This document shows, in pieces, positions 45,763-55,581 of a DNA stretch of 55,581 bases. Every line of letters starts with the position of its first letter. The first letter of the stretch is position 1. Below the pieces are notes generated by a model. The model had not been told where the DNA came from, did not search any database, and worked only from the letters and a program-made list of their open reading frames with translations. Source of the stretch: a virus (taxonomy: Duplodnaviria > Caudoviricetes); IMG/VR virus record IMGVR_UViG_3300030419_003947, positions 1 through 55,581 of that record. One strand, 5' to 3'. The position numbers and the translations under genes were made by a program.

Positions 45763-48700
45763 TTAATTGAATCGTGAAGACATCTCATTCATGTCTGTTT
45801 CTACGTAATGCGACCTCTTAAATGACCCCTTACTAAAGTCTTGATCAAAAAACAAAATGCCCTCATCGTCCACTACCATGACTTCTGGAAAATATTTATT
45901 TGTTAAGTCTAACTCAACCATATCGTCTATTGATAAATCCAACGCTACACCTAATGCCAACCTATCCAATCGACTTTTATTTCTATCATTAAGTTCATCG
46001 TAGGGCTTGCTTACAAAAGTATCAAAATGAGGTAGTTTATCCCACTCCCACAGAATTTCACCTTCTGCTTCTTGCTCTGCTTCCCTGTCTGTGTAATTCA
46101 TCATCTGCTCATGGATAGCCTCTCCAGCCCCTTCCACTGCTCCACTCGGCGTTGCCGATTGTTCTATCAAAGGCTCTGTAGACATCACCCTCCTGCCCGT
46201 TCTTTGCATAAACTCATCAAGGGGTTCATCGTAAGTTCCTTTGACTCCACCTTGCCCACCCGCAGCGGTCCATCGGGCAACGCCATCTGCCCAGTGAAGA
46301 TACAATCCCGGCTGAGATCCTATGTTTACTGGATCTCCATCTTTGTCTACTGGATTAGGAGGATAGAAGTTCTTCGCATACTGCCTTGGAAACGTAACTC
46401 CCGCATCCTTCCATAATTCTTCTCTCGCTCCACCAAAGAACTCCCATGTCTTATAGGCAGCTATTGCGGTGCCAACAGCAACTGCGAGTGGTCCCACGTA
46501 AGGAGATATTTTAGCTCCCAAAGCATTAAGCTTTGGATTGCCCTGTAAAACATTTTGCACATAACTTACATTTGGGTCCCATTCATACATTGAGTCTACG
46601 CCCCACATCTTGCCAGCCCAATCCAGCCCCGGCACATCTCCCGGCAATGGTATATCATCCACAGGTAGCCCTGTGAGTCTGTCTATGACCTTACCTGTCA
46701 CCGGATCTATTACTGTTTCGGTTACTTCTTCAAAAAAAAAATCCCCAAAAGTATCCTTTATTTTATCACCTATTTTATTCCCTATTTCATCGCCAAATTC
46801 TCTTGTCAACCAGTCTACACCGAAACTAGTTACAGATTCTAATACCCCCGGTTGATCGTCAAACAGCCCTCCTTGCTTTCCTCCACCAAGACTAGTCGCT
46901 CCATTCAGCAGTGCCATGTGTGCTGCAAACTGCCTTACGGCATCCTCGTCATCCCAATCAATACCTTCACCAGTTTCGGGATCCCATAACATCTCCCAAG
47001 TGCTGTCCCTATGGTCTTCTTTCTTTTGAAAGGCTTCCATTTGGTTTATGAAGTGCTGAAGCTCTTGCTCTGACAAGTCATTCTCTAGTGCCATAGCTTG
47101 AAGCTGCTCTTCAAACAACGCATCGCCATGCCTTAAAGCTTGCAATACTTGTTGTTCATCCAATCCAAACTCTGCTGCCCACTGTGCCGCAGCATTATCT
47201 AACGATTCACCTCGCAACCTAACATCTTGCTCCACTTGCCACTTGACCATTAGGAACTCTTCTTCCTTCAGCCCAAATTCTTTTGCTGCTTGCTCTGTAG
47301 AGAAAGCCCATTCCGTTTCCCAACGATCATTAAGCGTTTCAAACTCCTTTACCGACAACTCCATCTGCTCTGCAAACTTGAACATATCATTGGCTCTATC
47401 CAAGTTCTGTTGTTCTATCTGGATAGCAAGCTGCTCTCGCCTAAACGCCATCTCTTCTTCAGTGGCCTCTCTGCCAGCCTCAATCTCTACGCCTCTCAGT
47501 CGTAGATTTTCCCAAGCAATGGCATTTTCATCATCCATCTGCTCAATCGTTAGATTCAACCTTGCCTTCTGATCTGCTATATCAGCATTTGTTCTAGCAA
47601 TGAGGGCTTCTGTTTCACGCAAGCTCAAATCGTGAGTTTTGGCAAACTCCTCCATTTGCTGATTTAACTGTTGCGTAAATTGCTCAGACGATGCAGCTAA
47701 ACGATCTGCCTCTATGTCCAATCCTCTTTCCCGTAGCTCTATTTCTCTAGCAGCATTCGTTGCTGCCAAAGTAGGAACGGTTTCGCCATTAACGTCAATG
47801 TAATAGCCTAGCCTATCTGCCAATGCCATTTGTTCTTGAAAAGCCCGTGCTGCTTCGGCATTGTCCATTGAGGTCTTTTCAAGGGCAAGACGTTCTTCGC
47901 TTAAGTTCATCTCACGATTCATATTCTGAATCTGTGCAGCCGTCATGTTTTCTGTTATGACCAGACCACGTTCTTCTAATGCAAATCTTTTTTCATCAGA
48001 CAGCTTTTGATACTCAAGCTCCAACTCATCTTGGGTAATACGAGCATTGGCAACCAGCTCTGCCGTTGCTATTTCTCTGTCCCTCTGATCAAGACCTCGC
48101 TCTGCCAATAGCTTGTCGGTATAATATCTTTTCTCTTCCAAGCTGTATTGCTGATTGAACTGTATTTCTTCAAAAGCCAATTGCTGAGTCGCAAGATCTA
48201 AGCGACCCACCTCAATCATCTCATCCAAGATAAGCTTTCGCTCCTCAAGGCTTATCCTTTCACCTTCTTGCTCCAGCCTTGCAAAACCCAGCGTTGACTC
48301 GTATTCAAGCCGTGCCTCCTCCAACTCGCGCTCAAGATTCATTTGTTCGCGTCTTAAGGAAGCCTCTTGATCTAATTCTTCCTCCCTAAGAGCAAGCTCA
48401 TCTCTTCTAAGTTGGAGGTTGTTTTCCATCTCTTCACGACGAATCGCAAACTCTTGATCTGTTTCTCCTGCGCGTTGCACCATCTGCTCTCGCGCAAGCT
48501 CTGCTTCTTGTTCTAGCTCATCACGGCGTAAGGAGATTTCTTCACTAAGCTCTTCTCTTCTAAGCTCAAACTCCTCATCGCTTTGGGCCAGCCGCTGCGC
48601 CATCTCATCGCGCCGTATGGCAAACTCCTCTGCTGACTCATCTGCCCTCTGCGCTAGTTCCGCTTCTACTAAATCTACTCTCCTGCTTTCAATGTCCAGC

Positions 48701-51258
48701 GACCTACCCTGCTGATCAACCCGCCTTCCCTCTATGTCTAATCCAGCCTCGCGTAACTCAATATCATTTGATGCTATAAACTGTTCCAGATCTAATCGTC
48801 TGGTTTCCAAAGCCATGCGATTATTGATCTCGCCTTCTTGGAGTTTTAACTCTAGATCTGCGCGTCTATCGGCACTTTGTGCCAAGTAGTTACTAACAGA
48901 TATCTGCTCTATTTCAGCAGCGGCAAGATCTCTGCGTATCGCCAACTCATCTGTTCCCAGTAGCGTATCAAGGGCAAGACGCCTTTCCTCTACGTCCATC
49001 CCCGCACGACCCATAATCTCATCTAATGCCACGCGCCGCTCTTCAAGGTCCATCCCACCCAGACCCAATGCCTCTTCCAGATTAAACCTCTTGGCCTCTA
49101 GGTTTAACTGCTTGATGCCAAGAAGCTCATTAAGAGCCTGTGCCTTCTCTTGTATCGTAAGCTCTCTATCTGCTATCTTTGCTTCTAAGTCCAGACGCTT
49201 CTTATCAAGCTCTATACGAGACAGCACCTCGCGCATCGCCAGCGTTTCTTCGCCATCCAGATTACCCGTAAGCTCTGCTTCTCGTAGTCTCTCATCGGCC
49301 CTAGTCCGATAGTCTTCAATGTCCAAGGAACGAGCTTCTAACCCAAGGCGGTCTTCTGCTACATCGGCAGCGCGAGTTCCCAGACGAATCTCTTCAAGGG
49401 AAACAACAAAATCCAATAATTGTTGAGTGGTATCTATACGTACACGCTGCTCTTCTATCGCTTCTTCTGCACGACTACGCTTGATATTTTCAAACAACTG
49501 CAAGGTTTCACGCAGTTCAGCGCGATACTTCTCACCTACATCTAGCTCTGCTTGTATTAATTCAGTGGCACGGGCAGACTCAAGTTCCTCTGCTTGGCGA
49601 ATGGTAACGCCAGATGCAGAAATTCCCCCGCCTTCTATTAGCCCTAATCGGCCCAGACGCTCTAAGGCATCGTCATATTTATTATTAATGAGAGTAGTTG
49701 TTTTTTCGAGGATCTCTTGCTCATCAATGGCAATGCTATTGATGATGTTCTCCATAGAGATTTCTATCCCAGCCTCTGCCTCCCGGCCAAAGGTCAATTC
49801 CGCATCGGTATCCTCAAAAACTCTAGTGGACTGAGCTAAAGATTGGGATAGAATGTCATCTATGTAGTTATCAATAATATTTGATGCAGACTCTATGCTT
49901 AATATGGCATCAAGATCTGCTCCATAGTCTTCAAAAACACCAACTATGGTACTTCTGACTTCATCTACTTGAGAAACATCAGAAAAATCCACATCCTCTA
50001 TTAGCCGCAATATCTCATTTACGGCATTGTCCATGTCCTCGACGGCATCATTGGCAGGAACTACCTCATTGCCAGCAACATCCACTACAACGGCTGGTTC
50101 GTCTGCTACCGCTGGCTCTTCTGCTACCACTGGCTCTTCTGTTACTACTGGCTCTTCTGTTACTGCTGGCTCTTCTGTTACTGCTGGCTCTTCTACTATC
50201 TCTAGATCTTCTGCTTCTGCTTCTTTCTTTTCCTTTTTTTCCTTTTCCTTGCGCAATCTTTCAGCTTCAGCTTCAGCTTCATCGTCCAACTCACGTTGCG
50301 CTCTGCCAGTTAAAAAGGCAGCCAAGTCAGCTGCATTTGCCTTTGCATCTTCTATAGAAGCACCAGACTGCAACAATATATCTGCTGCCCGTTCAGTTAA
50401 ATCTCCTCCTTCGGCAACAACGGATTTAAATTTTTTATAATTATTAGTTACTAAGTCTCCTGCTACGTCCAGATACTTCCACGTATACGCATCAGCATCA
50501 GCATCAGCATCAGCATCAGCATCAGCATCGCCATCAACATCAACATCAGCATCAGCATCGCCATCGCCATCGTCTGAAACCAATCCATCTGCTGCTCTCT
50601 GAGCGGCGTAATAAGCGTCAGAGCTAAGATAATTATTTACCATCTTCCCTAAGTCGGAATCTTCGGCAAAGATGGCATTCATATCTATATCTGTCCTATA
50701 CGGACTTTCCTCAAGCAATCCTACAATTTCATTATATCTTTCTTGGCGAAGAGCCTCTGCTTCAGTTACAACAGATTCGCTTCCTTCCTCAACAACTTCT
50801 TCTACTACTTCAGGCTCTTCCCATACCAATAACTCAGCGTTCCATACCGATGTGTCAGTGGGAGGAGGGGTATATACACCGTCTGATCCATACCCATCCC
50901 CCACCGTAACTACAACTTCCCCTTCATCGTCATCGTCCTCCTCGTCTAAATCGTCAAAGGTAGCCGCTGTTCCATTGCTGGCAGCAACAGGACCGGGAAC
51001 AATAGGATTTAAGCCTTGGGATACGCGGGAATACTCCTCTGGCGTAAATACACCACCCTCAGTTGGGACATAGGTACGATCTATTATCATATCCCTATCA
51101 TATAGATCTAGTAGTCCAGCCCGATCATATAGAGTTTCTAATTCCTGCCAATCACTTTCTATTTTGTTAGGATTAGTCCCTCCCCTGAGCTTTTCTTCTA
51201 TCTCACGCTTCTTCCTGCCAGCGCGATCTCGCCAGACTGTACCTGTTGCCATTGCCAT
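45763..51258 (-). CDS. Giant acidic coiled-coil protein (1831 aa), putative ejection protein
   Basis: ~900 aa of E/R/L periodic coiled-coil sequence; hydrophobic segment VGPLAVAVGTAIAAY near the C-terminus. Confidence 0.65.
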   Translation of the reverse strand: MAMATGTVWRDRAGRKKREIEEKLRGGTNPNKIESDWQELETLYDRAGLLDLYDRDMIIDRTYVPTEGGVFTPEEYSRVSQGLNPIVPGPVAASNGTAATFDDLDEEDDDDEGEVVVTVGDGYGSDGVYTPPPTDTSVWNAELLVWEEPEVVEEVVEEGSESVVTEAEALRQERYNEIVGLLEESPYRTDIDMNAIFAEDSDLGKMVNNYLSSDAYYAAQRAADGLVSDDGDGDADADVDVDGDADADADADADADAYTWKYLDVAGDLVTNNYKKFKSVVAEGGDLTERAADILLQSGASIEDAKANAADLAAFLTGRAQRELDDEAEAEAERLRKEKEKKEKKEAEAEDLEIVEEPAVTEEPAVTEEPVVTEEPVVAEEPAVADEPAVVVDVAGNEVVPANDAVEDMDNAVNEILRLIEDVDFSDVSQVDEVRSTIVGVFEDYGADLDAILSIESASNIIDNYIDDILSQSLAQSTRVFEDTDAELTFGREAEAGIEISMENIINSIAIDEQEILEKTTTLINNKYDDALERLGRLGLIEGGGISASGVTIRQAEELESARATELIQAELDVGEKYRAELRETLQLFENIKRSRAEEAIEEQRVRIDTTQQLLDFVVSLEEIRLGTRAADVAEDRLGLEARSLDIEDYRTRADERLREAELTGNLDGEETLAMREVLSRIELDKKRLDLEAKIADRELTIQEKAQALNELLGIKQLNLEAKRFNLEEALGLGGMDLEERRVALDEIMGRAGMDVEERRLALDTLLGTDELAIRRDLAAAEIEQISVSNYLAQSADRRADLELKLQEGEINNRMALETRRLDLEQFIASNDIELREAGLDIEGRRVDQQGRSLDIESRRVDLVEAELAQRADESAEEFAIRRDEMAQRLAQSDEEFELRREELSEEISLRRDELEQEAELAREQMVQRAGETDQEFAIRREEMENNLQLRRDELALREEELDQEASLRREQMNLERELEEARLEYESTLGFARLEQEGERISLEERKLILDEMIEVGRLDLATQQLAFEEIQFNQQYSLEEKRYYTDKLLAERGLDQRDREIATAELVANARITQDELELEYQKLSDEKRFALEERGLVITENMTAAQIQNMNREMNLSEERLALEKTSMDNAEAARAFQEQMALADRLGYYIDVNGETVPTLAATNAAREIELRERGLDIEADRLAASSEQFTQQLNQQMEEFAKTHDLSLRETEALIARTNADIADQKARLNLTIEQMDDENAIAWENLRLRGVEIEAGREATEEEMAFRREQLAIQIEQQNLDRANDMFKFAEQMELSVKEFETLNDRWETEWAFSTEQAAKEFGLKEEEFLMVKWQVEQDVRLRGESLDNAAAQWAAEFGLDEQQVLQALRHGDALFEEQLQAMALENDLSEQELQHFINQMEAFQKKEDHRDSTWEMLWDPETGEGIDWDDEDAVRQFAAHMALLNGATSLGGGKQGGLFDDQPGVLESVTSFGVDWLTREFGDEIGNKIGDKIKDTFGDFFFEEVTETVIDPVTGKVIDRLTGLPVDDIPLPGDVPGLDWAGKMWGVDSMYEWDPNVSYVQNVLQGNPKLNALGAKISPYVGPLAVAVGTAIAAYKTWEFFGGAREELWKDAGVTFPRQYAKNFYPPNPVDKDGDPVNIGSQPGLYLHWADGVARWTAAGGQGGVKGTYDEPLDEFMQRTGRRVMSTEPLIEQSATPSGAVEGAGEAIHEQMMNYTDREAEQEAEGEILWEWDKLPHFDTFVSKPYDELNDRNKSRLDRLALGVALDLSIDDMVELDLTNKYFPEVMVVDDEGILFFDQDFSKGSFKRSHYVETDMNEMSSRFN
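50093..50200 (-). repeat. 18-bp coding tandem repeat (EEPAVT) x~6
   Basis: Repeated TGGCTCTTCTGTTACTGC units. Confidence 0.9.
50488..50572 (-). repeat. Hexamer microsatellite (GCATCA)n encoding a (DA)n tract
   Basis: Consecutive GCATCA units plus degenerate GCCATC/ACATCA units. Confidence 0.9.
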
Positions 51259-51279
51259 AAGATCAATGCCTATCTGTTA

Positions 51280-51693
51280 TTACTCTTCGTCAGAAATAGA
51301 ATCGCCTAAAAGGATTCTCATTCGCCCATATACCAAAGTGTTCCACTGCTCTGAAACACAGCGCAAAATCAAATCTTTCTTTTTCTCTCCAATTTTGACC
51401 GTGTTGTATGAATCGCCTTCTTCAGTTCGTATCTGTTCTGCGAGTGAAAACTTTAACCACTTATCTTCTTCTGTAGTTTCTTCTGTATCTTTCGATGCGG
51501 TTAGAGACAGAAGCGTTACATGTCCTGCGGTTAACTCCACTAGATCAACAATCTCATCTTCTGTAAGAGACTGCGGATCTTCGGCTGCATCAATTATTTC
51601 TTGAATATTGGGCTTGTGAATTTTAGTAAGAATAACTTCTCCACCAAAATTATGCAGCTTTTCATTGAAATCCACCGTAACCACGTTGCTCAT
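51280..51693 (-). CDS. Hypothetical acidic protein (137 aa)
   Basis: AAGGAG RBS within the CCCTCAAGGAG motif. Confidence 0.75.
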   Translation of the reverse strand: MSNVVTVDFNEKLHNFGGEVILTKIHKPNIQEIIDAAEDPQSLTEDEIVDLVELTAGHVTLLSLTASKDTEETTEEDKWLKFSLAEQIRTEEGDSYNTVKIGEKKKDLILRCVSEQWNTLVYGRMRILLGDSISDEE

Positions 51694-51724
51694 GGCACTC
51701 TCTCCTTGAGGGTTTTGTAATGGG

Positions 51725-51958
51725 CTATGCTACGTTTTTCTGAAAAAATTGTTTTACCATATTTATAACTGTGGTCAATCCAGCGACTACATACGGTACA
51801 AGGTCAGGTGCTGATAAAGCAGTAGGCATATAGCCGAGGTCGCTAATAACAGAGTAAGCCACAGCGCCCACTCCACCTACTGCTGCGCCCTTCGCAGTTT
51901 TTGCAGTTTCTTTCTTGCCGAATCCAACTTGGATATTCTCTTTAATTTTGTCAATCAT
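51725..51958 (-). CDS. Holin-like 2-TM protein (77 aa)
   Basis: Two hydrophobic segments and basic termini. Confidence 0.55.
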   Translation of the reverse strand: MIDKIKENIQVGFGKKETAKTAKGAAVGGVGAVAYSVISDLGYMPTALSAPDLVPYVVAGLTTVINMVKQFFQKNVA

Positions 51959-51968
51959 TTCAGTCCTC

Positions 51969-52382
51969 TTAGTGTTGAAAAGGCCGCATGGCCCATGCTA
52001 ACAGACTGCCGATAGCAACTTGCATCACACCAATGGTTGCTTCGTGTTCAAATACTGGAGCCCATCTGCCCCAGCCTCCGCTGACTTCGACCACTTGGTA
52101 GAAGATGATGAGGGTGGTAGCCGCTGTAGAAGCGTATGCCGCACTGCTTTTTTCCTTAGACTTGGCATGTTCTTTTTTTGTAAGGGTTACAATTTGACCC
52201 TTAGCTTTTTTGAGGTCTGCTTGCGCCCCCCGTGCCTCTTGAGATCGTGACTTCAGCGTGCTATATGCAGCAGATTTCTGCCGCTTACACTCGTCAAGCT
52301 CATTCCATAGCGTTTCATAGTGCTGTCTTAATTCAGCAAATGACCCAACCTTCTTGGGATCGCGTGGCGGTCGGCGTAACAT
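51969..52382 (-). CDS. Coiled-coil + 2-TM membrane protein (137 aa)
   Basis: Basic coiled coil followed by two hydrophobic segments. Confidence 0.65.
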   Translation of the reverse strand: MLRRPPRDPKKVGSFAELRQHYETLWNELDECKRQKSAAYSTLKSRSQEARGAQADLKKAKGQIVTLTKKEHAKSKEKSSAAYASTAATTLIIFYQVVEVSGGWGRWAPVFEHEATIGVMQVAIGSLLAWAMRPFQH

Positions 52383-52573
52383 TACCTACCTCGTTTGGGC
52401 GACACCTGCCCTTCTGCCCACTCAATCACTTTTGTTATTCTCTGGTTCTGTCCCTCTACTCTCCGATCCACTTTGCCCACCCGATCCCGCACCGACAGCA
52501 ACAGCCATGTGTTAGCGCCGATCAACCCGACCAGCGCCAGCACAACTGCGGAGACAATAGTGTCAATATCCAC
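52382..52573 (-). CDS. Single-TM + coiled-coil protein (63 aa)
   Basis: IVSAVVLALVGLIGANTWLLL; AAGGAAG upstream. Confidence 0.65.
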   Translation of the reverse strand: MDIDTIVSAVVLALVGLIGANTWLLLSVRDRVGKVDRRVEGQNQRITKVIEWAEGQVSPKRGR

Positions 52574-52592
52574 GTTTCTTCCTTTTTACTCC

Positions 52593-52931
52593 TCAAGACA
52601 TCTTGGCTTTGTGGATCTCATTTCGCTTGTTCTGAAAATCTTTGACGGTGGCAACAATTCCAGAAGCTCCACCCGCAAGCCACAGCGTCAGAAGGCTCTT
52701 GTCAATGAACGGTACAATCTCAACCCCCGGTGCGATTGTCGGAATCAACGGAAGGTTGCCTGACCCGAACACTATAGCCCCCGAAATTGCCGTAGCGACC
52801 ATCGGCCACGGCTTGCTGATGTCCATATCGCGTAGCTTCTTGCATTGAGCTACGCACCGCTCAACGATCAACCCCACGAAAACAAGTTGCGCCAAGAATA
52901 TCGCTAATCCACCCGCATCAATATTTTGCAT
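52593..52931 (-). CDS. Holin-like 3-TM protein (112 aa)
   Basis: Three hydrophobic segments; LAGGASGI; basic C-terminus. Confidence 0.6.
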   Translation of the reverse strand: MQNIDAGGLAIFLAQLVFVGLIVERCVAQCKKLRDMDISKPWPMVATAISGAIVFGSGNLPLIPTIAPGVEIVPFIDKSLLTLWLAGGASGIVATVKDFQNKRNEIHKAKMS

Positions 52932-52942
52932 TCCATCTCTCC

Positions 52943-53359
52943 TTACTCAACAAGTTTATTGAGCCGCAATGCCAAACCTCGCCACCTACCGTAACTGGTC
53001 CGAAGCGTGTCTCCGTTGACGGCGCGACTCCCTTTTGCGATGAAATCCTCTCGGATACTCTTCAGCAGAATCTTATCCGAACCCGTAGCGGTAGACGTAG
53101 GGATGATGACGCGAACCCACATTGAATCAAGCTTGTCTGCCTCAACGGTTATACCTAACGCCTTGACCTCTGTATTGAAGACGAGTGATCCATCGTCCAT
53201 AGTGTCGGAGTTTACAGCGGCAACTCGCCGATCCGACCCATCTGCGAACAAGAGAAAGTTGAGCGAGTCGAGAGTGGCTTGCGTGGCCGCAATTTGATCC
53301 TCAATAGTAGCCCTTGCAGGAGCAACCATTAAAGCAAGAAAAAGAATGATACGTAGCAT
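52943..53359 (-). CDS. Signal-peptide protein (138 aa)
   Basis: MLRIILFLALMVAPARA-T (AxA cleavage site); GGAGG RBS. Confidence 0.75.
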   Translation of the reverse strand: MLRIILFLALMVAPARATIEDQIAATQATLDSLNFLLFADGSDRRVAAVNSDTMDDGSLVFNTEVKALGITVEADKLDSMWVRVIIPTSTATGSDKILLKSIREDFIAKGSRAVNGDTLRTSYGRWRGLALRLNKLVE

Positions 53360-53371
53360 CAGAAATCCTCC

Positions 53372-55581
53372 TTAATAGGTTGTATTGCCACAATCGGTCA
53401 AAGTGTTCGTACCGCCGTCGGAAAAGGCACCGTCAAGTTGATTGCCACAGACAATGTTGTAGTCAGCGGCAGATCCGTCTATGCGTATCGTCTGTCCGTT
53501 TCTCACTATATTATTGGTTAGGACGTTCACATCGCCACCACCTGACGAAATTTGTATTCCATTACTTCCAGTTTGGTCAAAAGTGTTCCCATTAACGATA
53601 TTAAAGTCGGAACTTATAAAAGCACCTTGTGCATCTGAAGCATAGCAATAGCTATTAAGCAACTGAGCGCGAGAAGCCGCTAAATTGAAGCAATAGGTAT
53701 CACTATCGTAGACGTAAACATTTCGGATCATTGCCGAGCTACCTGTCACATCGACTGCGTGATAACTACCATCAATTCCCCCGTTCCAAGCACCTATGTT
53801 CTCAAGAATAACGCCAGTACCCGATATAGCAATCGCATCTTTATTAGCGTTGCCGTAAATCGTCGTGCCGGATACTTGCTTCCCATCATGAGCACTATAC
53901 GCACTGCCACTGCCTGTAATAGTTTGGCCCGATTGATCTGCGACCAAACCCATATAAATGCCCGGCCCGAATTTTATGTGTGCAAGGTCTGCATTGCTCG
54001 CCGCATCCACAGCAGCACTACCGTCATAGAAATAACCTGCCCCCGACGAGTCCACTAATACGTGATCACGAGTTACCTTCGGCACACCCGCTTGCCACTC
54101 AAATGCCGCTAATTCCGTCAACGTAACAGCGGGTCGAACCATTCTTGTTTTGGTTGCGCCCCATATTACGACTGCCGCTGAATCTTGGCCGTAGTCAGGT
54201 AAGAAAGCCGCACCCTTGAGATCCTCATTTAACGCAAAGGTATCGACCAATACCCGACCATTGAACAACTGCGCGGTTTGTGCAGTGGACATAGCGACAA
54301 TAATATCACCGTTCATATTGTCGCGCACATCGACAGAAATTACCTCGTCCTCATAGAGCGCATCATCACTTTGGCCTACGAGATTGAGGTTAGGTGCATT
54401 AAGTGCGCGGCGACCTTCTGCGTGTTCCTCTGCTACCGCTGCCGGAGGGAAGTTGCCAAGCCCAACTGCTATGTCTTCGATGTATCCAGCAAAGGTATTG
54501 GACGGCGTTGCATTGTCAGCGCCTATATAGGCGTTATCAAGCGAGAGTGTGCCAGTCGCGTCATTGTCTTGGTTGGTGTGCTTAATGCCATCCACATACA
54601 AGATTAGCGTGTTGGCATTGCTGTCGCGTACCAGTGCGAAGTGATGCCAGAAATTATCGGCAAAGTCCGTGATGCCCGAGGCAGCATCCGTTGTGGAATT
54701 AACGTCCTGCACCGAAAAATTCAGATGCCCGTCTGAGTCCATGCTCACCCGAGCGTGCTCATTGCCATCCACCATATTAACGATGTAGCGTTCTCCGGAG
54801 GGATTACTGGCAATCTTAAACCAGCCCTTGATATAGAAGCTGGAATTGACCCAGTTGGGCGTATGTGACGTGAACGACAGCCCGCCTGAGTCACCCGTCA
54901 GATCCATGCACTTGCCGAAGACGCAGCCGTCTGCATAGGCAACGGTTCCGTTTGCGGTGAAGTTGTAGCCGTTGGGCGACGAGTCGTTGGCATTACCTTC
55001 AAAAGCCAAGGCAAAGCCTGCATCGTAAAACTCACGAGGGGCATTAAAACTGGAATTAATGAGCTGTCGAGCCGTCATTGTCTCGACATACTCATTAGCC
55101 ATATACGGCCAAACTTGGTATAAGCCTCCCGCCGCATTGCTCGACCCCATAACCATCACATCGCCATTATGAATGGGTTGACCACCTTCGATCACGGCGA
55201 GAGATGCTGTGCCATTGGAGGTCCAATTTAGGTCTTTGTTTGCTGAACCAGCGTGAGTAAATGCTATGTATGCGCCTTGGTCTTGATCTTGATATAGTGA
55301 CCTGCAAGCATAAAAACTATCATTCGTCCCTGCGTCATGTACATAATAAACTGACCCTCTTTGCGTGATCGCCACATCTAACCCGTTGGGAACAGTTGCC
55401 ACGCGATCTGTGAAGGCGTTATCATGTGGATCATAAGTAGTCCACGCCTGAGTCGCATCGGTCATCATCACGCGCCACCAATGTGCAGGGCTAAAACCTC
55501 TAAATGGATCAACTAAACCAAACATATCTCGCACTACTGCAATCGCTTCTGTATGTTGATCCTCTATGCCGACATTTCTGG
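53372..55581 (-). CDS. 3' part of the junction-spanning protein: LamG/ConA-like lectin domain and C-terminal parallel beta-helix (tailspike/adhesin-like)
   Basis: LamG-type motif WHHFALVRD...LILYVDG...FAGYIEDI. C-terminal Asn/Gly-rich beta-helix repeats (NIVNGN, NVLTNN, NIVCGN). Confidence 0.75.
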   Translation of the reverse strand, partial: RNVGIEDQHTEAIAVVRDMFGLVDPFRGFSPAHWWRVMMTDATQAWTTYDPHDNAFTDRVATVPNGLDVAITQRGSVYYVHDAGTNDSFYACRSLYQDQDQGAYIAFTHAGSANKDLNWTSNGTASLAVIEGGQPIHNGDVMVMGSSNAAGGLYQVWPYMANEYVETMTARQLINSSFNAPREFYDAGFALAFEGNANDSSPNGYNFTANGTVAYADGCVFGKCMDLTGDSGGLSFTSHTPNWVNSSFYIKGWFKIASNPSGERYIVNMVDGNEHARVSMDSDGHLNFSVQDVNSTTDAASGITDFADNFWHHFALVRDSNANTLILYVDGIKHTNQDNDATGTLSLDNAYIGADNATPSNTFAGYIEDIAVGLGNFPPAAVAEEHAEGRRALNAPNLNLVGQSDDALYEDEVISVDVRDNMNGDIIVAMSTAQTAQLFNGRVLVDTFALNEDLKGAAFLPDYGQDSAAVVIWGATKTRMVRPAVTLTELAAFEWQAGVPKVTRDHVLVDSSGAGYFYDGSAAVDAASNADLAHIKFGPGIYMGLVADQSGQTITGSGSAYSAHDGKQVSGTTIYGNANKDAIAISGTGVILENIGAWNGGIDGSYHAVDVTGSSAMIRNVYVYDSDTYCFNLAASRAQLLNSYCYASDAQGAFISSDFNIVNGNTFDQTGSNGIQISSGGGDVNVLTNNIVRNGQTIRIDGSAADYNIVCGNQLDGAFSDGGTNTLTDCGNTTY
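55490..55581. repeat. Terminal direct repeat (92 bp), right copy
   Basis: Identical to 2-93. Confidence 0.97.

Noticed and set aside
53372-55581. Diversity-generating retroelement targeting tail proteins
   Set aside because: No reverse transcriptase and no TR/VR pair seen; the only long repeat is the assembly overlap.

Overview
The window is an apparently complete, circularly assembled ~55.5-kb tailed-phage genome with podovirus-like organisation. Bases 2-93 repeat as 55490-55581, and one gene runs across this junction. The minus-strand arm (21436 -> 1 -> junction -> 37225) holds the late genes: TerS, TerL, portal, an L,D-transpeptidase-domain protein, scaffold, major capsid protein, a three-glycosyltransferase cassette, adaptor, nozzle, tail fibre, a signal-peptide LamG/beta-helix protein, holin-like proteins and three giant ejection-type proteins. 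The plus-strand arm (~22521 -> 37184) holds early and replication genes: small hypothetical proteins, a gp88-like protein, DUF932, HTH regulators, an SSB-like protein, two ParB-fold proteins, an M15-type peptidase and PD-(D/E)XK nucleases. I recognise no DNA polymerase, integrase, tRNA, CRISPR array or reverse transcriptase. The most striking material is non-coding. (i) A perfect sigma-54 promoter is followed by a ~700-nt densely paired RNA, an Ala/Lys-rich protein gene, a type III hammerhead ribozyme and further RNA modules. (ii) A canonical chromosomal parS site lies between the arms. (iii) A bipartite motif at three late ribosome-binding sites has its complement in a terminator loop at the far end of the glycosyltransferase cassette. 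(iv) A kissing-loop leader RNA lies upstream of the replication genes. All protein assignments are from motif recognition by eye and all RNA structures were paired by hand; no searches were run.
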